Below are positions 1 to 12,000 of a stretch of 64,000 bases of DNA, in pieces (the first letter of the stretch is position 1; each line of letters begins with the position of its first letter). This DNA is from Antedon mediterranea (Eukaryota; Animalia; Echinodermata). The notes below the pieces were generated by a model, which was not told the DNA's origin, did no database searches, and was given only the letters and a program-made list of their open reading frames with translations. Made by a program: the position numbers and the translations under genes. The DNA lies in NCBI RefSeq assembly GCF_964355755.1, contig NC_092670.1:32104388-32168387 (forward strand). Reading direction: 5' to 3'.

Positions 1-49
1 ACGATTTCACATATATTACATTTCACAATTATGATATTATCCTCCTCAC

Positions 50-3000
50 CTAAGCCCAGAGAGTACAATATCAGGCATTGCCTTAGCCTTGTCATTGCCA
101 ATCTTGGAAACACCCTCTTTTGCAAAGTGTATTACAATACCAGTAAGTGCCGGATCCTCATTCAAGTTCCAAAAATGTGGTATTACTTTCATCTCTTCTT
201 GTTTTTGTCGCTCTTGCTGGAGTTTTTCCTACAATTGAACACAACTTGCCATTCAGTATTCTATGATCGACTATATAATGTTTTTTTTGCTCATAAAATA
301 TGTGTATATTAGCCTTTAGAATATGATATACAGTAGTGCAGTAGCATTGACTTCTGAGAAAATTCCTTTGTTTTTCAAAATCATCTCACAGGAAAAAATA
401 CAGCATTAACTTCTGCTAATTTCTGTTTCTATGGATTTTTTTATTACCATATTTACAGCATTGACTTCTGAAAGATGTTCTGTTCCTATGATTTTTTTTA
501 ACTTACCATATTTGCAGCATTTACTTCTGAGAGTCTCTGTTCCCATGTCTTTTTAGCAACTTCCATTTCTTCTTCATTCTGTTTTAGCTGCATCAACAGA
601 TCCTGTTTCATCTGATCAACCTCTATAATTTGCAATAAAAGTGAATACATTTTTAGACCATTTTTATTAGTATTGCTGCAATAAATTTCAACATTTTAGG
701 CTAAACTGATTGAACATGCTCATTTAAAAACAGATTTTAGGGGATTTTGCAATAAATATTTCATAAATAATAATGATATAAACAATAATTTTTTTTTTAA
801 TGACCAGTTCATGTACTTCCTTGGTGTTGCCACATATTATCATCATCTACATTCATTTTACGTTATTTAAATTAATCTCTGTCTACACTATCAAACTTTA
901 TGTGACAAAAAAATGTGATGTGCCCATATATGGACATGATGATGTGATATCACTACTATATTTGGGCATATCACTACCATATTTGGACACATCACATTTT
1001 TTTGTCAAACTAGTTTGATAGTGTAGACAGAGCTTTATGTCCGTCTGTGTAAATATCTTTTACGTCACTTCTAAAATCTTATCCTTTTCAATAATTCTTG
1101 TTGGTCTTTCAACGCTGTGAGACATCAGTAAAAAGCGCTTTATAAAAGTTTATTATTATTATTAATGATCATGTGCATAAAAATACAACCAATGAATAAG
1201 AACTGAGAGGAATAAAAATAAACATTTTCTTATACCTGCTTCAGTGAATCCTTGCTGTATTGTTTCTGTCGTACCCCCTCCGCCTTGCTTGCTCTTTTCA
1301 AGTGCTTCTATCAATCTGGCATTCTCCTCTTTCAATTCTCTTATCAATTTATCTGTAGGGCTTTCATTCACTATAGCCTTCGTTTTAATTGCTTTTGCTC
1401 GGTCCGCTATTAGAAAAAATAATTTAATTAGTACATTATTTTAAAAAATGTTACACATAGCTGGTAGAAAATATATAATATTGCAAATTTTAGATGATTG
1501 GGAAAAAGTGGGGCTGTAGATTGGTGGTTAATATGCTTGCTTTCCTATCCCTAAAATCCCGGGTTCAATCCTGCCCTAGTGCAGGGTTGTAACTGACGAC
1601 TCTTTCAACTCCACTTCCCAAGCCTCAAATGAGACTTAGTTTAAAAGCACGATACCTGTAAGTTATTAAATAGTTTATCCATCCTGTAATTGGTGAGTTA
1701 CTCGCTGTTGGATGCATGTTTTTCTACTGTACTAAAACTCCCCAAAAACCACAACATTTTTTTAAAATATAAATAATAAATACATGAAATAGTATGAATT
1801 GTTTATAATACCATAACGCAGTGTAGACATGGTTTCCTCAAAATTAATGTCAGCAGGACTAATAGCAGCAATCTATTAAAAAAATACAAAGCAATGGTTA
1901 AAAGTGTGTCTCATTTCTTAAAACATAGACAATCAATATAATACAAAATATTAAATTGAATCATAAAATGAAAAAAATAAATTAATCATAAAAAACATAA
2001 TAACATACCATTTTCAGTTATTAAATTAAAGAGAATAACTATTCTACTTCTTCTTTCTATTGAATGTTCACTTACCATAATAGTTTTACTGTTGCCTCCT
2101 AAAGCATTTTTCAACAGCATTGTAAGCTTAGAATCCCTGTACGGAACTGTGAATGAAAAATTATTAGTCTCATTATAAGCAAATCAAGGTACTGTATTAA
2201 CATTGACTTACTAACGCACTTGTGACATCATGTAGGCGTGAGTTTCACTGAAGTCAATCAAAATTGAGATATGTTTGGTTGGAAATTATAGATTGTGTTT
2301 GGTAGATTAATCTTCCTTTAAGTGTGGTTCCCACTAGAACGCAATGCAACATAACGCAGAGACGCATCGACGCAAAGTGCTGTATTGTGAAAACACAAGT
2401 GGGAACCATGACACAAAAGTGCTGCAAACATCGCCACGGAAACAACGCAAGGCAAAAGAACACATGAAACATAGTACAGCGCATACTCAAAAGTACGCGA
2501 GGTGAACTAGGTCAAAGTCTACGGCATGCTAGCGTTGACGCGCAACAAGCAGGTTTGATTTCACACAGGTGGGGGAAAACACAATTATTGGAAGAGCATT
2601 TGCTTACGTGAGAACCAAGCTTAACAGATGTGTTACATTTTGTATTCAATATAAAGGAGTTTGTATGGGTTTGAAGAGTGTCGAATGTAGTAGTTTTCTG
2701 AGCACTATAGAAAGATAATATCCTCAAGGTTAGTTACCTATAATTCCTTTCTTCTTGGCGCTCATATCTGCTAATGCCTTGATGCAATTTCCAAGTGATG
2801 AGAGGGACTGGTTGATCATTGCTCCTTCCTTCAACCTATCCCCAGTTGCACCAGTACTATCAACCCTTTCACTGTAAAGTAAACACATACAAATAAACAG
2901 TATGAATACATAAACACTTAAGCAATAAATACCAACTTGTTGAGTGTGTGTAAAGCACTGCAGTGATTAAGGAGGTATCTACCTTCTAGTTAAATCCTAA

Positions 3001-6000
3001 AGATAAATTTTGCATAATCATTACAACAAATTTCACACAGGTGGGCCTAAAATCTTATATATCTCCCCTCCCCTCTTTTGTGGGTTATAACACAAGTGCC
3101 AATATATATCATGACAGCCTTATATACAAGGGTGGCCTTAAATGGCAGAAAAGCTTAAACTCCAGTGTGAACATATAACACAGTGTGGCCTGTCCCATGG
3201 TGGGATTATATTGTGGTTTTATACCACAGGGCAGCATTTAATATAAATAGTGGAATGATATTTACCTGCCAGCTAAATCCACAAGATTAATGATAGATGT
3301 TTTTGTCATGTTTTTTCCAACATCATTCAAGCCTTTCTGAGCAAAGCTGATGGACACAATGGTATGAGCTCGACTAAAAGAGAAAAAAGCAACTTTATAA
3401 TAATTACGAAAAAAAAATTGTTTTAATACTAACAAATTCATTATTTTGTTGAAACCATTATTCAAATAACAGGGGAACATTGTGAGCACTATTCATTCAA
3501 GCAAATTGATTGGATGGAATCCAAGGATCTACACTATAAACATGGAGGAAACAATCCCAAAGACCAGTAGCAGAAGTAGTGATAAATAGGCTTGTCTAGA
3601 TCATGATGATTTTTTGCCGAATTTTGGAAAAAGAACTCTCCCTGTAAACATGACTCGATCTGCTCCACTATAAAGTAATTTAAAAATGTGGTTGGAAATT
3701 CTTTTCTTTTGACTTATATTTTAAAAAAATGTTTAAATTGGAGAAACACATACCTGCTTGTGGCATTCATTCTGGTAGATGCTATGGTTCTATTCCTTGT
3801 TCCTTCATTGATTCTGCTATTTATATCTTCATAACTCTTTACAGGAACTTTAAGAAGGCCTTCAGCTAGAAGAAGAGGGTTGATAAAAAAAAATGATTTA
3901 ATATGATTGCCAAGCAACAGTATGGTCTAGTCTGGTAAGTGGCGAGCTCATAGAGCCTGCAACACAGTGGCGTAACAGCTATGATTGCTCACTGGCTAAA
4001 CCCAGGGCTCTAGAGTTTAAAGGGCCCCAGAGCATGAGCAGTCCAATGCAACTACCCAGCGTTGTAAGGCCCTTAAAAGTGCTAAACCAGGCTTTGTCAC
4101 CTGCATTAAGACTACTGCAGCAATAAATAAAATGGAGTATCAATTCAAGAAAACTGGTTTGATATGAATATATGTCTATGAGAGAAAGGCATGAGGACAG
4201 TGTATAAACTGTATCTTTACCATAAAATCCTTTATCTGGATGCTGTCTAATTTTTATACCACCTTTGACCTTGAATGCTTTGGCGTTCAGCAGATCTCGT
4301 ACTTGCTCATTGTAAATCTCCATCATACTTAAAGAAACCTGAAACAAAACAGCTTATTTAAACACATAGAAAACAACGCTTCTGATTTGTGACAATCAAG
4401 GTTAAATTAAAGAAGTTGATATTGCAAATTAAATTGGTTGGACACTGGTCAATTGGTCAATCAAGCAGTGGTCAATCCCGAATAGTATTAAAGGTCTAGA
4501 ATTTTTAATTTCATTACTTATTATATTTTCATTAATTCTGGAAATTGTCACTCACCTAAAAATTATTCTGGTATTTTTCACATAATAAAGTATAGAAGCA
4601 TGGGCTTATTGATACAAAATGTTTTAATATATACAAAATTACCTGATATTCCTCTTCTTTAGACTTATCAGCTGTTTTCTTTTTCGACTCTATACCTTTG
4701 AATAATTCCTCACAGACAATAGGAACAATTCCTAAATTATAATTAAAGATAACAAGATAATCATATGAGGTGAGACAGTTGTTACTTCTTAATTATCCTT
4801 TTGTGTGCTTTTAAATGATCTTATAATATAACCATTTACAAATGTTTCATTAAACGGAATTCTGTTTATTGCTTTTATAAAACGGAAATAGTCCACAGTA
4901 TTTCATTTCATTCAATTCATTCAGATCTTCATCAGCAAAGTGGTTTCCTCATTAACCATATGTGTTAATTTGAGCCTGTATCCACAAACCAGATGACATT
5001 TTAGTTAGCTGAAACAAGCTTTCTTTTATAATTACCTTTATTTGCGCCATATCCCACAATGGAGTATGACTTTCCACTGCCAGTCTGGCCATATGCAAAC
5101 AAACAGCAATTATAACCCTTCCATGCATTATCAAGTACTCCCTGGCCAAGATTGTCAAACACAATTTGCTAAGAAATGAGAAAGAATATTTATATATAAT
5201 ATATATTTGCTTTCTCCAGTGAGATGTCTCCCTGTTTTCTCAAACACTTCATCTTCATTAGGTTATTAGATGGATATTAATTCTCAAGGTAAGGCAGCTT
5301 TGGGACCCAACAAAGTGTCCCTTTAATAGAGATATTCCCTTAATAGTGGTTTGCCATAGTTTGAATATATATTTCCCCTCCTTCATTTCACAGGAAAGTG
5401 TCCCCTTAATAATAATAATAATACATAATAGAAAAATAACGCTTAAAAAAGAACGACGTTTCGACTCCATCATGGGGTCATTATCAAGTCCAATAAATGA
5501 AATTAAAAAAAAAAAATAATAATAATAAGATTTATAGAGCGCACATATCCACAAAGTGCTCAAGACGTTTGTGAAAATCATGAGAAATGCAACCATGAAA
5601 CTAAAAACAACAAAACATTTTGCAAAAAGAAAAAAAAACAGAAAAAAGGAGACCAATCGAACCCATATCACTGCTTCTGTTTACCGGCAATTTAAGGTGA
5701 TCAGACCTGCCAGTCCATTAATAGGTATATCCCCTTGATAGGGGTGTCCCCTTAATAGGGGTGTCCCCTGAATGGGGGTGTCCCCTTAATAGGGGTGTCC
5801 CCTTAATAGGGGTGTCCCCTTAATAGGGGTGTCCCCTGAATGGGGGTGTCCCCTTAAAAGGGGTGTCCCCTTAATAGGGGTGTCCCCTGAATAGGGGTGT
5901 CCCCTGAATAGGGGTGTCCCCTGAATGGGGGTGTCCCCTTAATAGGGGTGTCCCCTTAATAGGGGTGTCCCCTGAATGGGGGTGTCCCCTTAATAGGGGT

Positions 6001-9000
6001 GTCCCCTTAATAGGGGTGTCCCCTGAATGGGGGTGTCCCCTTAATAGGGGTGTCCCCTTAATAGGGGTGTCCCCTGAATAGGGGTGTCCCCTGAATGGGG
6101 GTGTCCCCTTAATAGGGGTGTCCCCTTAATAGGGGTGTCCCCTTAATAGGGGTGTCCCTTAATAGGGGTGTCCCCTTAATAGGGGTGTCCCCTTAATAGG
6201 AGTGTCCCCAAGAAAGGGTTCTACTGTATTGTATTTTAGATTTGAGAGAGAGAGTGCAATTTGTATTTTTGTTTTAAGTTCCAGCTATTGCATACACCCA
6301 TACACATGATATATCAAAAGACCGGAATTGACTGGAAAGTTACTAAATACAAATAAAACCTGCCCTGTAGCAAGTATTCTCCTAGTCAATTAATAATGAT
6401 GGTGTTTGACAATCTATATATAAATTATGGTTAATTCTGACATAGGCGAGCACAATGCAAAAACTTCGGTACAAATCTCCGCCTTGGATGCCTACCTTAT
6501 CTATCTCAGATGTACCGCAAAACGTAGACGCTATTTTTCCATATTTATATCTTAGGAAGATATTAGAAAGAGTTTTTTATCAAAATTTATGATTTCAACA
6601 TTAGATTTTCAACTCAATTTCAATTCTTCGCGGGTCAAAGTAATTTCCGGGTTTACCTTGCAACAACCTGGTTTCAACTATTTTCTCTCTTTTATACACA
6701 AGGGAGCAGTTAAAAAAATAGATTTGACCTAAAGGTGACTGGAAACAGGCACTTTCCATCAATCAATACAGTGTCCCTTTGGAAGAAGGAAGAAAAAACC
6801 GATAGTAGGACTGGAGCTTAAGTTGCATAGCCATTTCAGTTTTTTGTTTATTTTAGGAACGGACCGCGCGTGTGTGAAGGTACAGTAGTTAAAAAATAAA
6901 AATTATACTGCAAATTAATAAAAGATCAAATTAAATATACGCCATAAAGAATCGGAATATATTGTGGGAAATAGTATTATAAAATTACATAGGGAGATTT
7001 GATGATAAGACATATTGTTTAAAATCGAGTGAAATCCCGAGTAAAGTAAGCTGGCAGGAATAACTGTAGGCTATCTGTGTCCCGTTAGGACCGAGATGTC
7101 TGCCCATGTTGCAAGCCGTAATGTTTTCTTTCTTGGGCCCACTCTGTCACGGCAGTTAGTTTCAAAAGATGTTTAAATTAAATAATGTATTAATAATTAT
7201 TAGGATGGTATTTATTTGAATAAACGCCTCTCCAATAAAACATCACTTTGAATAATAATCATTATACTATTTGTAGTAGAATTCATCGCACTGTTATCTA
7301 CAATTTACCAAGCATTTGTTATTCTTTTTTACCACTTTTAATATCTATTAGAGGATTTCATTTGATTATAAATGTTACCATATTATTAAAACTAAAAAAA
7401 TTAACATATATCCCTCGAATAAACACCTCCCTCAAATGAACTCCGCCTTCCCAAAGGGCCCTACCAAACAATACTTTAAAATGTTATTAATCATCTAAAA
7501 CACTGTGAAACAGAGTAGTTTACTTTACGAATGTCAAGCATTTTCAATAATGATAACCGACAGAAAACGTACAAGGAGAACATTTTTATTATCCCGAGAA
7601 ACATCGTCTACACTTCCTAGAGGGGGAGCGAGGGAAGGGAAGCGAGCTCACCCTCTAGTATCTAATAATTTGGACTAGCCAATTTAATAACGAGCTCAAT
7701 TAAAGCATGGTTACACATGCAGGGAATAATTTCGCCAGTGTAGCATAGCAAAAAGCTATACAAAACAACCTTTTTGCAACACATTTGTACATTTGTGTAG
7801 CAAAAAATACAATACAAAACTATGTTTCTCGAATCAAAAATCAGTTTGATTGGCAATATTGCTAAACAGAATTTCGAAATGACATTTCTCTGACATGTAC
7901 ATCAGTCAAGCTTTCCATTGATGAAATTAGTTGGGATTGCTTCATTAACTCAAAAAGTAATTGCAACATTGAAAATAATTGCAATTAAAATATAGCTTAG
8001 AGCAGCCAAGATGCACGGATTGAGATTGATAAATGGTAGTCCAGTGTCAAATTGAAGTAGTAGATATAGATTTATATTTGTGAATTTAACTAATAATAGT
8101 ATACAGTAACATATGGGCTGCTCAGATTTTATGCAATTTGCAGGGCAATTAAAATTGCACTACACAATTTATAAATGTAAACACAGTATAAACTATATAC
8201 AGTCCTCCTAAGAAACGCACCACACAAATACATTACTGTAGTACCACACTAATGCACTTTAGTAGTTTGGTTCAGTTATTAGGAGAAACGTTGATTAGGA
8301 GGGTTATGTTGTGGAAATATATATTATTATGGCATATTAAATGCATTAGCATGGCACTTAAGTTTTGGTACTATAGTATTATGTAGCACTGTGTGGTGGC
8401 TAGTAGGACCCACAGTAAGGCACACACATGAATACAGAGCACTCAGCAGTGGTTGTCTCTGAGATCTGAGTTTTCTAGACACCCCTCAGTAGACTGACCA
8501 GTGGTGGCGCCAGCGGGGGGGCTACGGGGGCTCTAGCCCCCTCGTCGGGGAGCCTAGCCCCCCCGTCGGGGAACACGGGTACTTTTTGTCGGGGAATATA
8601 ATATACAGTAAAAAACGTTCGCGTTCACTTCATGCTTCAGCGCCTAGAAAACCACGACGTTCCATTGACCGTGAGAGTACGTCAGATGGCTATTATGCAC
8701 TTTTATGCATTCATTTATTGCCAGCGATCTAACTTACTACTAAACATTAGCTAGGTACGCACTTTTTTCTGGCGGTATCCCTTTGTACGAATCGTTCAAC
8801 GTTGGGTCGAGACGCGTGATATCAAGTTCCATACAGGGACCAAAATGTGTAATGTAGTTATTTTCCAGGCGAAGTTTACCGACGGTTACCGAAGGGAACA
8901 CGGGTACTTTTTGTCGGGGAATATAATATACAGTAAAAAGCGTTCGCGTTCACTTCGTAGCTAGCTTCAGCGCCTAGAAAACCGCGACGTTTCATTGACC

Positions 9001-12000
9001 GTGAGAGTACAGTACGTCAGAGTGATATTATGCACTTTATATGCATTCATTATTGCCAGCGACCTAACTTACTACTAAACAATAGCTAGGTTCGCACTTG
9101 TCTGGCGGTATCCCTTTGTACGAATCGTTCAACGTTGGGTCGAGACGCGTAATATCATGTTCCATCCAGGGACCAAAATGTGTACTGTAGTTATTTTCCA
9201 GGCGAAGTTTACTGACGGTTACGTCGTGTACTGCGTCGACGTACGCTACACTACTACAGCAAAAACGAATTATGTTAATTGTTCGTATGTTCACCAATTT
9301 TTTAATTTACAAGTAACCTTCTGTACCGTGGGGCACCTAAAATAAATTTTTCATCCATTACTAAACAAAAAAACATGCCATTTTCATATTATAGCTAAAG
9401 TTATTACATTTTCAATGTCCTGTATGTCATGAATTTCTCACCACTCGGAAGTCCAGATAGTACGCACGCATACACTTGGGAGGAATAAACTTATTTCCCC
9501 GACTGAAAAAGCTCTACGCTTGCGTTTTTTAAGCCTCTAGGCCTGATGTTTCCAAAGTATAAAATGCAATTTTTTGAAGACCTGCAGCTCTAGTTTTAAA
9601 CAGTTTCTTAGCTCAGCCCCAACAATAAAGCTGGTCATATTTCGAAGTACAAGAAGTGCATTTTCCGCGACCTAACATCTCTATTTTTCAAAAATTTCTT
9701 AGCTCAGTCACAACCATGATAGGGACTATTTTGTTTCATGTTTTGAAGTATATTAAGTCCAATTTCCGGGACCTCCAACTCTATTTTTCTAAATTTTCTT
9801 TGAACTTTTATTTTTTAAATTGAAAAATATGGATTGAAACAGTCATCGCGCATCGTTTTTTTGCACGCAGTATTTTATTTATGCATTATAAAAAATGGAA
9901 AAAATGGCTACCCTAAATCTGATTAAAATGACCTCAAATGACGCTAGAACGCGTTGCTTCCCCCACCGGGGGCCCTTGGCGGCCCCCTGGCCCCCAGCCT
10001 AGTGATGCTCGCATAGCCCCCTCGTCGGGGAATGTAGCCCCCGCGTCGGGAAGATCCTGGCGCCACCCCTGAGACTGACAAAATAAATACAAATAATGTT
10101 ATACTGTATACTGTATTAAATTATATATTGAAAAATGCTGTTTTTAAATTGCTCACTGAAAGTGGATTTTTTAGCTTACATTTTGTAATACTACTACTAC
10201 TAGTATATCACTGACATATACTCAATCAGATTCTCCTAACCTCACCTGATCAGCATATTTCTTGTCTTCAGCTGCCAAATAGCCATTCTCTAAAGTTTTA
10301 AAGCCATCATGTGACCAGTATGAATAATCAAAGGTGAATCGTCTTGGTTCCTGAGTTGGATTGTGAGGGTCCTTGATCATGGTGGAATTGCCGTTCATAT
10401 CGATGATACATGTTGCTTTACGATTCTTTTCTCGATCATTGTGATTTTGTTTTGTCAAGGAATGATTGCATCTTAACTCTAACAAATTGACTTAGCAGTA
10501 TTATAACAGTCCCTGAAAGAACTTTCTTTATTACACCATCAATATACCCTCTACACTACCGTAACTAAAAAATAATCATCATTTTGTCATATATTTTTTT
10601 TTTTTCAAATTTTGCTTGAATCTTTTACAAGATGAATAAATATAGTTTTTAAATGACATGAATATAGTTTTTAAATGATTAAAAATGGAATAATATTTTC
10701 ATTTTCAAGAAATCAGAAAATAGGTCGATAAAGAGATGATAAAGAAAACACATAAAACTCGAAATGACCTTAATACCCTAAGATTTATGAGAAAAAATAA
10801 AAACAAAGGTAAACAAATAAAATATTGATCAAAATAAATAAACTTAGCTAGTATATGGTGCAAGTATACAAGATTACAGGGCCGTCTTCAAATTCTATTT
10901 ATTTTAGGCCTATACTGTAATAATATTCTTCTAACTAACTAAAAACTAGCCACTACTATAGTACTAGGCCTAGACAATAATTATAATATAAGTTAATAAG
11001 GTCTGGCCTACCTAGAGGCTAGGCCCAGGGCTAGGCCTAGATAGTCAAGGCCAGCTACTAGTACTAGCTAGGCCTAGTATAGTTAGGCTATTGATTACTA
11101 GTATTAGGCCTAGCCTACTTTATACTTATATAGTATACTAGAGGTCCGAGAATAGTAGGCCTACTTCTAAGTAACGGCCCTTTTTTTAAAGCTAGCTAGG
11201 CCTGGCCTAGTTTAGGCCTAGGATAAAATAATAATGGACTAGCCTAGTCTCTAGGGATTAGGCCAAGTTGAGCCGCCACCAGAAAAACGTTATTTTTTAT
11301 GGAACGCCAAATGCTAACTTTCGCCGGTGCTCGTTCAATTTATATTAGGGATCGATGTACATTCAAAAGTTTATATATCATGGTTTTTAGTATATATATT
11401 ATTAAATATTATAATTAAAGAAATAATTATGAAAGTCTGGCTTGTAGATTCCAAAATATAAAACATCACCGAAAGTGATCGTTTTTAGCCAAAAATGACG
11501 TAAACAACTAGGTAGGCTTACTCCATTTTTCGGTAAAATAATTACATAAAATCACGTTTTTTAGTAAAATATTTTGTGTATTAACATTGTAAAATTCAAT
11601 AAAATATGATATTAAAAGATTAGTAAATAAAAAATAATATTTATTTAACCTCATTCGAAGAATGTTAATACTCTATTAATTAGTCCTGAGAGAGGACAAC
11701 GTGACTTTACGTAATAGGCCTACACGCGGCGATAAAAATTACGCCGTGGTTAGGATTCCGGCACCGGAACTCAACTGCCCACCGTTAGGGAATCCGACAC
11801 GCTATTGCGCATGCCCAGAGCTCTGGGAAGTGAATTATAGCTTGCACCAAAGTGCCACACCACGGAGAGTCGGAGTGTTATAGGGATTTACTGTAGCCTA
11901 GATAGTCGTTGCGCGAGCGAGAGAGCGATGGATGAAACTTGGCCAATGCCATACATGAATTAATAATTAAAATATGACTACGCCACGCGTTAAAATAATT

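Noticed and set aside
5258-5738. Hydrophobic 137-aa ORF and its antisense partner
   Set aside because: Low-complexity A/T-run intronic sequence with no coding signature.
9064-9345. Short ORFs duplicated at 13084-13365
   Set aside because: They lie inside the non-autonomous hAT copies and show no transposase or other recognisable motifs.
10441-10514. Canonical AG acceptor at 10513-10514, or the ORF-track start MLELRCN..., as the kinesin 5' end
   Set aside because: The extension has an in-frame TAA and lacks [10 protein letters not shown]. The AT-AC junction gives the conserved motif exactly.
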